Positions 27,182 through 37,757 of a stretch of DNA of 64,000 nucleotides are shown here, in pieces (position 1 is the first letter of the stretch; every line of letters begins with the position of its first letter). The translations under genes were made by a program, and so were the position numbers. This stretch comes from an uncultured Bacillota bacterium. Its GTDB lineage: Bacteria > Bacillota_I > Bacilli_A > RFN20 > CAG-826. The stretch covers positions 7,614 to 71,613 of the forward strand of contig CASFDV010000003.1 of NCBI GenBank assembly GCA_949293555.1. The letters run 5' to 3'. The notes under the pieces are model-generated. The model did no database searches. It saw only the letters and a list, made by a program, of their open reading frames with translations, and was not told the DNA's origin.

Positions 27182-28663
27182 ATGGAAAGAGTCACGGGAA
27201 TCCTGTCTCCCGTCGCCAGCCTCCCTTCGCGGCACGGCATCGGCGACTTCGGGAAGGAGAGCTATCGTTTCGCGGAACTTTCCGCCAAGGCCGGGTTCCG
27301 GCTCTGGCAGGTTCTGCCCCTCAACCCCCTCGGGTACGGGCATTCTCCCTACCAGCCCTTCTCAAGCTACGCGATCGACGAGCTCTACTGCGACCTCGAT
27401 GCGCTCAAGGAAGAAGGCCTCATCAAGGGGGACATCCCGGACTTCGCGAAGGATAGCGCCAAGATTCTCTACGAGGAGATCCGCGACTTCAAGCTTCCCT
27501 ACCTCCACGAGGCCTTCGCCTCCTTCATGAAGAAGAGGGGCGCGGCGAAGAAGCTCGAGGACTTCCGGAAGGAAGAGGAATGGGCGACCGCCTGGGGCCT
27601 CTTCATGATGAACAAGAGGAAGGAGTTCCTCCGGAGCTGGACCACCTGGGAGAAGCGCCGCCAGAGGATGAACGAGGGGAAAGTCGTCCTCACCCCTGAG
27701 GAGAAGGACGACTTCGACTTCGAGATCTGGCTCCAGATGACCCTCTACTCCCAGTGGAGGAAGCTCCTCGAGCACTGCCACGCCCTCGGGCTCAGGATCG
27801 TCGGGGACGTTCCTTTCTACGTCGGCCATGACTCGAGCGACGTCTGGGCGAACCTCGAGTACTTCCTGATCGACCCCAAGACCAAGGAGCCGACCTTCAT
27901 CGCCGGCGTCCCCCCCGACTACTTCTCCGCGACAGGCCAGCGCTGGGGGAACCCGATGTACAACTGGGACTACCTCGAGATGAAGGACTTCAGCTTCCTC
28001 ACGAAGCGCCTCATCGGGAACGCGAAGCTATACGACATCGTCCGCCTCGACCACTTCCGCGCCTTCGACACCTACTGGAAGATCCCCGCGAGCTGCCCGA
28101 CCGCCATCGAAGGCGTCTGGAACGAGGCCCCGGGCTACAAGTTCTTCGACACGCTCCTCAAGGAAGCCCCCGGCATCGAGATCATCGCCGAGGACCTCGG
28201 GGACCTCAGGAAGGAGGTCCTCGTCCTTCGCGACCATTACGATTTCCCCGGCATGAACGTCGTGCAGTTCACCTTCCATGACGCCGAGATCGCCAAGACC
28301 GACGATCGCGACCGCGAGAACATGGTCGCCTACCTCGGCACCCACGACAACCAGACCATCCGCGCCTATTACGAGGAGCTTCCCGAAGGGGAGAGGAAGG
28401 CCTGGGACGAGGCGCTTTCCTCGCTTGGCATCCCGGAAGGGGACATCACCGAGAGGGCAATCCGTTACGAGCTCTCGCTCAAGGCGAAGTACGCGATCTT
28501 CGCCGTCCAGGACCTCCTCGGGCTCGGGGACGAGGCCAGGCTCAACAAGCCCGGCATCGTCGACGACGTGAACTGGACCTGGAGGATGAAGGACTACGAG
28601 GAGCTTGAGGAAAGGCTTCCCCATCTCACCGACCTCATGAAAGAGTACGGGAGGCTCCAATGA
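27182..28663 (+). CDS. malQ: 4-alpha-glucanotransferase (GH77)
   Basis: GIGDFG, WQVLPL, GVPPDYFSATGQRWGNP, RLDHFR, AEDLG and GTHDN. Confidence 0.96.
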   Translation: MERVTGILSPVASLPSRHGIGDFGKESYRFAELSAKAGFRLWQVLPLNPLGYGHSPYQPFSSYAIDELYCDLDALKEEGLIKGDIPDFAKDSAKILYEEIRDFKLPYLHEAFASFMKKRGAAKKLEDFRKEEEWATAWGLFMMNKRKEFLRSWTTWEKRRQRMNEGKVVLTPEEKDDFDFEIWLQMTLYSQWRKLLEHCHALGLRIVGDVPFYVGHDSSDVWANLEYFLIDPKTKEPTFIAGVPPDYFSATGQRWGNPMYNWDYLEMKDFSFLTKRLIGNAKLYDIVRLDHFRAFDTYWKIPASCPTAIEGVWNEAPGYKFFDTLLKEAPGIEIIAEDLGDLRKEVLVLRDHYDFPGMNVVQFTFHDAEIAKTDDRDRENMVAYLGTHDNQTIRAYYEELPEGERKAWDEALSSLGIPEGDITERAIRYELSLKAKYAIFAVQDLLGLGDEARLNKPGIVDDVNWTWRMKDYEELEERLPHLTDLMKEYGRLQ

Positions 28664-29958
28664 AGGCCGCCCTCGTCTCGCTTGGCTGCGCGAAGAACCT
28701 CGTCGACAGCGAGATCGTCCTGTCCGTCCTGGAAAGGGGCGGGATTTCGCTGACCTCCGACCTCAAGGAGGCCGACCTCGTCATCCTCAACACCTGCGCC
28801 TTCATCAAGCCGGCTAGGGAAGAGGCCGCCCGCGAGATCAAGGGCATCCGCAAGAAGACGAAGGCGAGGATCGCCGTCATGGGCTGCTTCCCCGAGAAGG
28901 ACCTCGAGGAATGCAGGTCCATGCTCCCGGAGGCCGACCTCCTCATCCCGATCCACGACTACCCCCGCTTCGGGAAAATCCTCGGGGACTTCCTCGGGAT
29001 TTCCGAGCTCCCTGCGATGGAGCCGACCAAGCGCGTCCTCTCCACTCCTCCCTGGAGCGCATGGCTCCGGATCAGCGAGGGGTGCGACAACCACTGCGCC
29101 TTCTGCGCGATCCCGAAGATCCGCGGGCCGTTCCGCTCGCGCCCCTACGAAGAAATCCTCGCGGAAGCGCGCTCCCTTAAGGAGCAAGGCGTCCTTGAGC
29201 TTTCCGTCGTAAGCCAGGACACTTGCCGCTACGGAAAGGACCTTGGAGAGGGGGCGAAGACCCTCGTCGACCTCCTCAGGGAACTGGACGGGATGGGTTT
29301 CTACTCCATCCGCCTCTTTTACCTTTACCCCGCGGAGGTCACCGACGAGCTCCTTGACCTCATCGCCGGGAGCAAGAGCATCGCCCACTACCTCGACCTC
29401 CCCATCCAGTGCGCCTCCGACCCCCTTCTCAGGAGGATGAACCGGAGGGACACCGTCGAAGGCATGAGGGATCTCTTCCGCCGCATCCAGGAGAAGATCC
29501 CGGACGCGGTCTACCGCACGACCCTCATCACCGGCTTCCCCGGGGAGACGGAGGAGGACCACCGGAGCACCCTCGAGTTCATGAAGGAGATCCGCTTCCA
29601 CCACCTCGGCTGCTTCCGCTTCAGCCCCGAGGAGGGGACTCCCGCCTACAAGATGGATGGGGAAGTGCCCGAGGACGTCGTCCGCGCCAGGGAACGGGAC
29701 ATCATGGGGCTCCAGCTCCAGATCGCCGCCGAGAGGTGCCGCGAGATGGTGGACAAGGACCTCGAAGGCATCGTCACCGGCTACGACGCCCACCGCCACC
29801 AGTACACGTTCCGCTCCTACTGGAACGCCCCCGACGAGATCGACGCGAACATCTACTTCTCCTCGCCCATCACCGTCCCCTCCGGCTCCATCCGGAAGCT
29901 CAAGGTGACGAACGGCTTCGTCCGCGACCTCGCCGGGCAGCTCCTGCCCGAGGAGTAG
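28660..29958 (+). CDS. rimO: Ribosomal protein S12 methylthiotransferase
   Basis: SLGCAKNLVDSE, NTCAFI, radical SAM CDNHCAFC and APDEID. Confidence 0.95.
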   Translation: MKAALVSLGCAKNLVDSEIVLSVLERGGISLTSDLKEADLVILNTCAFIKPAREEAAREIKGIRKKTKARIAVMGCFPEKDLEECRSMLPEADLLIPIHDYPRFGKILGDFLGISELPAMEPTKRVLSTPPWSAWLRISEGCDNHCAFCAIPKIRGPFRSRPYEEILAEARSLKEQGVLELSVVSQDTCRYGKDLGEGAKTLVDLLRELDGMGFYSIRLFYLYPAEVTDELLDLIAGSKSIAHYLDLPIQCASDPLLRRMNRRDTVEGMRDLFRRIQEKIPDAVYRTTLITGFPGETEEDHRSTLEFMKEIRFHHLGCFRFSPEEGTPAYKMDGEVPEDVVRARERDIMGLQLQIAAERCREMVDKDLEGIVTGYDAHRHQYTFRSYWNAPDEIDANIYFSSPITVPSGSIRKLKVTNGFVRDLAGQLLPEE

Positions 29959-29972
29959 CCTTCCGCGACGGG

Positions 29973-29998
29973 AAAGAGAGGCCTTCGGGCCTCTTTTT
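29973..29998. terminator. Bidirectional intrinsic terminator (UUCG loop)
   Basis: AAAGAGAGGCC-TTCG-GGCCTCTTTTT between convergent genes. Confidence 0.8.
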
Positions 29999-30032
29999 CG
30001 ATATGTCTAATCAGGAATTGCTGGCTTATTCC

Positions 30033-31375
30033 CTAATCCAGAATCTCCCAGCGGCCACCGTTCGGAGGCCCCGACCTCCGGATCCTCCTTGAGGAGCGGA
30101 TCATCCTTTCGATCGTGCATAGCGAGGTCCCGGCGGCGTCCGCCATCTCCTGCCTGGACATCCTTGGGTTCTCCTCGATGAGGCGGAGGAGGGCCTCCTC
30201 GAGGATGTCGCTCCTGATGGCGGGGGAGGAAGCGCAGCGGCAGGGCCTTCCTCCAGGATCGGGTTTTTAGTGGCATCGCCTTCGACAGCCTCTTCGTAGT
30301 TAAGGTTGGGGAGCGTGACGAAGAAGTAGCGGTCGATCACCTGAAACTCTGGCTTCCTCGGATCGTTCTCGTATGCCTCCCTTATGCGGAGCAGCCCGGT
30401 CCCGTAGTTCTCGATCAGGCCAAGCTTGTCGAATATCCTGACGAGCCCGGGGTTCCGGAATGTCTGGAGGCCGTTCAGCGCGGCCTCCAAGGTCGAGTGG
30501 AAGACGTTCCCGGGATTGATGATTCGGGCATAGCCGGGGTGGAGCTCGATCTTTATGCTCGAGGGGAGGGAGTAGTCCGCGTGGCAGATGGCGTTCAGGA
30601 CGGCCTCCCTCATGCTTGCGCCCGGGAAGGACTTCGTCTCGACCCTTTCGGCCTGTCCTTGAAGGATCCTCGCGGAGGTGTCGTTGAACATCTCGACGTA
30701 TTCGAGAAGGCTTCTCGCGATGTGGACGAGGGAGCCCCTGAACTCCTTCTTCACCTTGAAGTCCATCCCCTCGGTATAGACGGCGAACTTGACGACGACA
30801 GGGCTTTCCTCGCTGAGGAGGAGTCCGAGATTCGTGAACTTTCCGTGCGCGTCCTGGATACCGAGCGCCATGAACTTGTCGGGTCCGAAGGGCAGGCCTT
30901 GCTCCTCCGCGTTCTCATGCATATGGCGGAAGGTGAGGTCCTGCCTTTCGGAGACGCCCTTCTCGAAGCTATAGTCTCTCGAATCCATCGCCGGATGGAG
31001 GATTTCCTCCTGGTCAACCTGGCGGACGCTCCTTCCGAGGCGAACGAAGGTCCCGCCCGGCCTTGGGCCCTTGGAGGCGAGGTAGTAGGGCTTCTGATCC
31101 CCCTCCTCGATCCGAATCTCAAGGACGCCGTCCTCGTTATAGGCAAGTTGCACCTTGCTCCGGCAGCTTGGGGCAATAGCGTCTCCGATCAAATTCCCAA
31201 CCAGCCCGTCGTAACGATCCCTTAGTTCGGGAGGGACGCTCACTGGCCTTCCCTGGTCGTCGACCCCGATATAGATCACTCCGCCCCGGGCGTTCAGGAA
31301 AGCGACGATCTCCTTGTCGAGATGGTCCACCATCTCGCGCTTCAGCTTTACCTTGTCGCTTTCCTCGTATCTCAT
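30033..31375 (-). pseudogene. AlbA_2 (Schlafen) + RecG-C/HATPase-like + wHTH protein, frameshifted before the wHTH
   Basis: KEIVAFLNARGGVIYIGVDD, REAVLNAICHADY and RNPGL..IENYGTGL. The -1 frame encodes ILEEALLRLIEENPRMSRQEMADAAGTSLCTIER...GGRWEILD* ending at 30033. Confidence 0.75.
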
Positions 31376-31642
31376 AGCCGTGGTCCCCTTGCGACTTTCT
31401 TGTTAACAGCACTGAATAAGGCTGAGAGGGAGAGTGTCCAAAGGGATTTAGGTCAAAGCCTCCTTTCTCGATCCTGTCGGTTTGCGGCAAAAAGACAGGA
31501 ATCACATGGGTTGCCATGATCGCTTCTCGTCCATGGACCTTCAGCACTTGCCCAGGCAGGAACAACCGGCTTTAAGTCTGTTTGAAAGAGGGATTCCGAA
31601 TTTACGACCTGCTTCTGTATGGTTTTCTGCTATTGCTTAAGG

Positions 31643-31664
31643 AAAAGGCGGCCCGAAGGCCGCC
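31643..31664 (-). terminator. Intrinsic terminator
   Basis: GGCGGCC-TTCG-GGCCGCC-TTTT on the minus strand after the stop at 31682. Confidence 0.8.
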
Positions 31665-31681
31665 TGGGGAATCGCCAGGGA

Positions 31682-34354
31682 CTAGAGGTATTCCGTATAC
31701 GTCTCGTCCTGGACGAAGGGGATGTAGACGGTAGGCGTCCCGTCCTCCGCATCGACCGTCCCGATCACCGCGCCGAACACCATCCCGTAGCTCGCCTCGT
31801 CCGCGATCCCGTAGGAGAGGCAGACTCCGATCTCCCCGTCCGCGGGGTCGTACTCGAAGGCGAGGCGGTACTCTTCCGCGGCGATCCCCGTGTCCGTGAC
31901 GTTCGTCTCGTACACCATCGCGCGGATCCCGCCGTCCACGTATTCGTAATAGAACCAGTAGACGTCCTCATGGGTCTCCTCCGGGTTTTCCTCGTCCGCG
32001 GATTCGATGTAAGTGTCGACGATATAGCCCTTGAGGGGGCTCTCGTAGCTATCCTCGCCTCCCTCGTAGGGCTCGTCTGTGAAGACGATGTGGGTATCGG
32101 GGTAGCCCACCGGGTCCATCGTGACCGTCCATGAGGTGCCGACGGGGGTCATGTCCTGGGGGAGTATCGTGAAGGTGAAGACCACCGCGTTCCCCTCGCC
32201 CGCGGGGGGATCGTACCAGTCGCTCGTGCAGGCGACCCGGACCTCGGTGGGCTCATCGACGGAACCGGCCCTGAGGGTCAGCCTACCGCCTTCGGTGGAG
32301 ACGACCTCGAGGAGGGAGGGGTTCTCGCTTTCGGCCTCGAAAACGCAGGGCGCGTTGTCCGGGACCTGGTTCACCACGTAGCTTTCCGTGGTGTTCTCAT
32401 AGATTCTCGCCCTGTCGATGTCCTCGACCATGTCGCTCAAGGTCCAGTCGAGGGCGAGGGCGTGGAACTTTGTCGTCGCCCAGACGCGGATCGGCAGGGC
32501 GTAGGTCGCCCCGGGATCCTTCGTCGCGCGCCCGATGGTGACCTCGACGCCCGTCTCGTCGGTGAGGCCGAGGGCGGTCATCTCGGTGTAGTCGTCGGTG
32601 TCGCTCTTGCCGATCTTGCTTTCGTCCTCCGAGGCGATGGGGCCGTACTGCCAGAGGTCGAGCGCGGTCCTCGGGAGGTAGCTTGCCTCGACGTTCTCGA
32701 TCTCCTCTTCCTCGAAGTAGGAGGCGAGGCGGATCTTGTCGCCGTAGTGGACGGCGGAAGTCTCCCCGTCGTCCGCGACGCCGGAGTCAGGGTTATAGAA
32801 GCGGATCTCCTCGAACTCCTCGATGAAATAGGGGGAGAGGTCGAAGGGGGCTTCCCCTTCGAGGGGGTCGCCGTACCGCCATTCGCCTTCCATCCTCTTC
32901 CCGACTTTCCCGGACTGGCCCGCGAGAGGAGCGTGGCCCACGAAGTCCCACTCCGTCTCGGAGTAGACGGTCTCGAGATAGTCGAGGCTCTTGACCGCGC
33001 CTCCCTCGGTGAAGCCGATCTCCATGTGGAAGACATGGCCCTCGTGCATCTCCTGGGTGTAGGTACCGCCCTCGGAGCTATATTCGACGTAGGTGTCGAC
33101 TGTGGTGAGGAAGCCCTCTTCCTGGGGCTCGCTTTCGATCCGGACGCTGTAGGAGCTCGTCTCCTCCATCTGGAAGCCGCTCCGGTAGGCGTCCATGATC
33201 TCGCCCTCCAGGAGCTTCATCGCGTAGGGGAAGGTCTCGAGGGACTTCCTCGCGAGGCGATGCGAGATCTCGAAGGTCCCGAGGTCCTCCGACTCCTCAA
33301 GGGAATCCTCGACGACGTCATAGGTCGCCGAGTAGGCGTTCTCCCTCTCCCTCGTGAGGTCGTTGTTCCCGAGGGCGTGCGTGTACTCGTCGACCACCGT
33401 GAGGGTCCCCGCCTCCTCGTCGAGGCGCTTGTAGACATGGTAGTCCCGCCCCTGGAGGAGGTCCTCCGCGACGAAGAGGAAGGAGCCGTCCTCGTAGCGG
33501 TTCATCTCGAGTTCCTGGGCGAGACCTTCCCCAGGGATCGTCAGGGAGAGGGCCATGCCCTGGACGTCCGCCGGATGGATCGCCGTCTCCGAGCGGATCG
33601 AGAGGCCTGTGTTGAAGAGGGAGCTGAGGGAAGCCTCGCTATTGGGGAGCTGGTCCACCTTCACCCTTTGCACGTAGCAGGGGAACAAGGGTGAGCTCGG
33701 GTCGTAGAAGAAGTCGTAGGTCGACCCGGAGGCGATGTTCAGGTTCTCCTCCGCCCCGAAGTTGAAGGAGATGTCGGCGAAGCTCCTGCTCTCGTCCAGC
33801 GAATAGGCGGAAAGCTTGGAAAGCGCGCCCCCTTCCCCTTCGACGTTATAGGAAAAGTTCGCCCGCGCCTGGGGGACGTCGACCTTGACGTTCCTCGCCG
33901 CGTAGACGCCGTTCTCCTCGAGGGCGAGGACGGCGGCGATGTCGCCGGAGAGGGTGACCCTCCCCTCGACCTCGACCTGGACGGTCACCCTGACGGACCG
34001 TCCGGGCATCCGGAAGGAGAAGGTCTTGTTCCCGTCCGTCGAGACGAGATCCTCGTCGTTCGCCTTTGCCCCGGTCACCTTGAAGCCAGGGTCCGTGGAA
34101 AGGATCGTGAGGGTGATGGTTTCCCCTTCCTCGGCCTCCTCCTTGTCTAGCTCCGCCTCGACGCCCGCGGGGAGGGTTAGGGTGATGATGTACGTCTTCT
34201 CCTCCTGGCGGGAAGAAGAGGAGCCCGACTCCACGGGAAGGGACTGGCTCTCGCCCGCGCTTTCGGAGAGGGAGGAGGAAGGGAGGACGTCGTCCCCGCC
34301 GCAGGCGGCGAGGGCAAGGGCGAGGGCAGGGAGGATGAGGAGGCTCTTCTTCAT
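31682..34354 (-). CDS. Large acidic surface lipoprotein (890 aa) with an InlB-B/Flg_new-like domain
   Basis: MKKSLLIL..LAAC lipobox, Ser linker and FSFRMPGRSVRVT. SD AAAGGAAAG precedes ATG 34354. Confidence 0.8.
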   Translation of the reverse strand: MKKSLLILPALALALAACGGDDVLPSSSLSESAGESQSLPVESGSSSSRQEEKTYIITLTLPAGVEAELDKEEAEEGETITLTILSTDPGFKVTGAKANDEDLVSTDGNKTFSFRMPGRSVRVTVQVEVEGRVTLSGDIAAVLALEENGVYAARNVKVDVPQARANFSYNVEGEGGALSKLSAYSLDESRSFADISFNFGAEENLNIASGSTYDFFYDPSSPLFPCYVQRVKVDQLPNSEASLSSLFNTGLSIRSETAIHPADVQGMALSLTIPGEGLAQELEMNRYEDGSFLFVAEDLLQGRDYHVYKRLDEEAGTLTVVDEYTHALGNNDLTRERENAYSATYDVVEDSLEESEDLGTFEISHRLARKSLETFPYAMKLLEGEIMDAYRSGFQMEETSSYSVRIESEPQEEGFLTTVDTYVEYSSEGGTYTQEMHEGHVFHMEIGFTEGGAVKSLDYLETVYSETEWDFVGHAPLAGQSGKVGKRMEGEWRYGDPLEGEAPFDLSPYFIEEFEEIRFYNPDSGVADDGETSAVHYGDKIRLASYFEEEEIENVEASYLPRTALDLWQYGPIASEDESKIGKSDTDDYTEMTALGLTDETGVEVTIGRATKDPGATYALPIRVWATTKFHALALDWTLSDMVEDIDRARIYENTTESYVVNQVPDNAPCVFEAESENPSLLEVVSTEGGRLTLRAGSVDEPTEVRVACTSDWYDPPAGEGNAVVFTFTILPQDMTPVGTSWTVTMDPVGYPDTHIVFTDEPYEGGEDSYESPLKGYIVDTYIESADEENPEETHEDVYWFYYEYVDGGIRAMVYETNVTDTGIAAEEYRLAFEYDPADGEIGVCLSYGIADEASYGMVFGAVIGTVDAEDGTPTVYIPFVQDETYTEYL

Positions 34355-34368
34355 ATCGCTTTCCTTTC

Positions 34369-35169
34369 TTAGTCCATGCTCGGCAGGAGGAAGCAGAGGA
34401 TCGTCTCCTCGCCCCCCGCCACGTACCAGAGGTTGATGAAGTCGCCGGTCCTCGAGATCGAGAAGGAACTGAGGGTCGTCCTCGCGGTCTCGGAAGGCTC
34501 GTAGGAGATGGAGTAGAAGTGCGTCTTCGTCGCGCTTTCGTAGTAGGAATATTCGTAGGTGAAGTCGTAGCGCTGCCCCGCCCCCATCTCGTCGGACATG
34601 AGGAGGAGGCCCCGCTTCTCCTCCGGGTCGACGAAGGTCATCTCGTAGGTCCCGTAGGGGTAGCCGGGGGGCTCGTTCCACGAGGTCACGGAGAAGAGGT
34701 AGTCGTCCATCTCCTCGAGGGGGATCTCCTTCCTGATCTTCACGACCTTCTGGCAGTAGGAGAACCCGTCGTCCCCGTAGATGGTGAGGAGGACGTTCCC
34801 CGCGCCTTTCGCGCGGAGGAGGAAGGTGAAGTCTCCCGCAGGGTCGACGATGGCCTCCAGGAGCGAGGGGTCGCTCGTCTCCACGACGAGGGAGGACACC
34901 CTCTTGTCGTCCGGGGCGAAGGAGCACTCGTACTCGTCCCCGACCGTCATCGCGTAGCCCATCTCGAGCTGGAGGAGGTAGCCGCCATAGGCGCCTTCGC
35001 AGTATTCCTCCGCCTCGATCGGGGGATAGCTCTCCTCCCAGACGGGGAGCTTCGTCTCCGAAGAGGAGGAACTATCCTCGACGGAGGGGGAGGAGCTCCC
35101 TTCGGGAGGGGTCCCCGAGCAGGAGGGCAGCAGGAGGAGAAGCGGCAGGGCGAAGGCGGTCTTTCGCAT
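34369..35169 (-). CDS. Lipoprotein with an Ig-like segment
   Basis: LLPSC lipobox, Ser linker and TSDPSLLE..AKGAGNV. Confidence 0.75.
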   Translation of the reverse strand: MRKTAFALPLLLLLPSCSGTPPEGSSSPSVEDSSSSSETKLPVWEESYPPIEAEEYCEGAYGGYLLQLEMGYAMTVGDEYECSFAPDDKRVSSLVVETSDPSLLEAIVDPAGDFTFLLRAKGAGNVLLTIYGDDGFSYCQKVVKIRKEIPLEEMDDYLFSVTSWNEPPGYPYGTYEMTFVDPEEKRGLLLMSDEMGAGQRYDFTYEYSYYESATKTHFYSISYEPSETARTTLSSFSISRTGDFINLWYVAGGEETILCFLLPSMD

Positions 35170-35345
35170 GGGGCACGTCCTTTCCTATTGAGGCGTCACC
35201 ACGCTTTTATATGCATCCGCGCGATTTTCTCAAGGAAAAACTTGAGCCAGAAAACTTTCCCTTGCTGCGTTCGATTTCCTGTTGAAAGTTATCGCGAAGC
35301 GGTTACATTCGATGCGACGAAAAGGAGAAGGAGAAAGGAGTTCCA

Positions 35346-37739
35346 ATGAAGAAGAGACTGCTGCTTCCCTTGCTCGCGGCGGGCGCCCTGGTCGGGATCG
35401 CCGCCGCGGGGAACGTTCCTGGCCGCACGCTGGCTGGGCCGGGGACAACCCACCACGCCTTGGAGGAGGGAGAGGAGGCGATCGTCCTCTCGCTCCCGCC
35501 CGAGGTCACCGCCGAGGCGCCGGAGGGCGCTGCTCCCGGCGAGATCGTCCACGTGGACATCTCCTATGAGGAGGGGGACATCCTCGTCCACGCCCTCCTC
35601 GTGAACGGGAACCCCGCCGCCGAGGACCCGGACGGGGGCTACTACTTCCCGATGCCGGGGGAGGGGGCGACCATCACCCTCGCCTACGACTACGTCGGGA
35701 AATACGAGGTGAACGACATCTCCGCCGAGGGGATCGCCCTGACCGGTCTTCCCGAGGGGCTCGTCCGCGAAGGAGATGCGATCACCTTCAGCGTCCACAC
35801 CCTCCCGGGCACGCCCGTCTCCTTCACGGGGGTCGTGACCATCGAGGATGCGGAAGGGAACGAGGTCCCCTACACGAAGAACGGGAACGAGTACTCCTTC
35901 GAGATGCCCGATTCCGACGTCACCATCCTCTGCGGGACCGAGACGCGCCTCTTCCGCGTGAACGAGGAGAAGTACGCGGCCGACGACACTTCCTACGACC
36001 TCATCCTCAACTACGGCGTCCTCGGCGAGGAAGGCTCGGTCGAGGATATCACCTACAAGGGGGCCGCCCTCGCCGGATCGACGATCCGCGTGACGATGAA
36101 GGAGGCGACGCGCTACCGGCCCACGGGCGTCGAGATCAAGGAGTCCGGGGCGACCTACATGCTCGAGGAAGGCTCCCTTGTCCTCGACATCCCGCTTCCG
36201 AACCACGACATGACCCTCGTCCCGCTGGCTGAGCTGAAGTACCTTCCCTTCGCGTTCGAATGCCCCGAGGGCGTGACCGCGACGGCCTACACGAAGGACG
36301 AGACGGGCGCCTATCAGGTGATGGAGACGCTCGAGGCCGTCCCTGAGGACATCGTCTACCTCAAGGCCGAGACCACGAGCCCCGACGTGAAGGTCACCGG
36401 CTGGGGCGGAACCTACCTTGCCTCGTGGGGCTCGGGCACGATCCCGAGCGCCCGCTTCGAGGAGGTGGGGGACGGCTACTGGTCCTATGAGATGGACGAC
36501 GAGGAAGAGATCGTCCTCGTCCCGGCCACCATCGAGAGGATGGAGGTGACGCTCCCCGCCTCGGAGGACGTCGAGATCGCCCTCTACGCGAAGGACGCGG
36601 AAGGGGAATACGTCTCCCAGACGGGCTTCTTCCCGGGCGACACCGTCTACGCGAAGGCGACGCTCCTCAACGAGGAGGCCCGCGTCGAGTCCCTCACCCT
36701 CCTCTGGGAGGAAGGCTGGAGCGACGGAGAGGTCCTGATGACCCTCAACGAGGAGGGCTACTACGAAGGGACGATCGACAAAGCCGCGACGGGCGGCTAT
36801 GCGATCGAGGCGGAGATTATCGCCCCGATCGACGTCGCCCTCACCAACAGCCAGAGCCTGACGGGCACCCTCTACGGCAAGGACGAGGGAGGCGCATACG
36901 TGGAGAAGAGCTCCTTCCTCCCGGGCCAGACGGTCTACGTCCGGGTCGCCGGGGAGAGTGAGGACATCAAGGTCCGCGACGTCCTCCTGGGCTGGTACGA
37001 GGAAGGGTACTACTCCTCCGAGGCGGCGAGCGAGTCCATGACCCTGAACGCCGAGGGCTACTACGAGGGGACGATCCCCGCGGACGCTCTCGCCCCCTTC
37101 AGCGTCACCATCCTCGAGGAGAACCCGACCGCCTATGCGGACTACCCCTTCGTCGGGAGCTACCTTGTTGCGGAAGGGTACGCCACCTACAACGACCTTT
37201 ACGACGAGCCGCCCAGCGGGACCTCGGCAGAGCTTCCCGCCTCGGGGATCGCCTCCCTCGGTGGGACGGAGTCCGTCATCTCCTCGATCGAGGGGAATCC
37301 CGAGGACAAGGAGGGGATCATCCACTTCACGAACGGGAAGATCCTCGCCTACGGGCCGAACCTGGTCCTCTCCTCCTGGAGAAACTTCGATACCCTCGCC
37401 AAGAACGACGTCTGGTGGGGGCTCAAGACCGCGGAGGACGGGGCCACCTACAGCGCCTCGCTCCTCAACGTCTCCGGCTACACCGGCCTCTTCCAAGGCT
37501 ACCGGACGGATAGCGACGGGACTAGGACGGTCATCGCGACAGGCTTCTACCGCTACGAGTCCTCCATCTCCTATGAGCTTCACCTTTCCGGGGTCGAGTG
37601 CAAGGACGGGGAGGGGAACCCCGTCGAGCTCCCCAAGTCTTCGGACGAGGAGGCGGAGATCCACGTCTACGTGGACGGGATCAAGATCGGCGTCATGACC
37701 CATGGGGCCTCTGAGAACGTCTGGACTCCCGCGGAGTAA
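35346..37739 (+). CDS. Secreted repeat-domain surface protein
   Basis: Signal peptide and FxMP beta-domain repeats. MTLNxEGYYEGTI is repeated at 36738 and 37038. Confidence 0.8.
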   Translation: MKKRLLLPLLAAGALVGIAAAGNVPGRTLAGPGTTHHALEEGEEAIVLSLPPEVTAEAPEGAAPGEIVHVDISYEEGDILVHALLVNGNPAAEDPDGGYYFPMPGEGATITLAYDYVGKYEVNDISAEGIALTGLPEGLVREGDAITFSVHTLPGTPVSFTGVVTIEDAEGNEVPYTKNGNEYSFEMPDSDVTILCGTETRLFRVNEEKYAADDTSYDLILNYGVLGEEGSVEDITYKGAALAGSTIRVTMKEATRYRPTGVEIKESGATYMLEEGSLVLDIPLPNHDMTLVPLAELKYLPFAFECPEGVTATAYTKDETGAYQVMETLEAVPEDIVYLKAETTSPDVKVTGWGGTYLASWGSGTIPSARFEEVGDGYWSYEMDDEEEIVLVPATIERMEVTLPASEDVEIALYAKDAEGEYVSQTGFFPGDTVYAKATLLNEEARVESLTLLWEEGWSDGEVLMTLNEEGYYEGTIDKAATGGYAIEAEIIAPIDVALTNSQSLTGTLYGKDEGGAYVEKSSFLPGQTVYVRVAGESEDIKVRDVLLGWYEEGYYSSEAASESMTLNAEGYYEGTIPADALAPFSVTILEENPTAYADYPFVGSYLVAEGYATYNDLYDEPPSGTSAELPASGIASLGGTESVISSIEGNPEDKEGIIHFTNGKILAYGPNLVLSSWRNFDTLAKNDVWWGLKTAEDGATYSASLLNVSGYTGLFQGYRTDSDGTRTVIATGFYRYESSISYELHLSGVECKDGEGNPVELPKSSDEEAEIHVYVDGIKIGVMTHGASENVWTPAE

Positions 37740-37757
37740 AGAAAGGAAACCCTAACG

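Noticed and set aside
34355-34927. 191-aa N-terminal extension of the 1081-aa ORF
   Set aside because: It overlaps the 34369-35169 lipoprotein in another frame, and the SD and signal peptide support ATG 34354.
35294-35307. cre-like site GCGAAGCGGTTACA
   Set aside because: The left half-site mismatches the consensus, so it cannot be supported.
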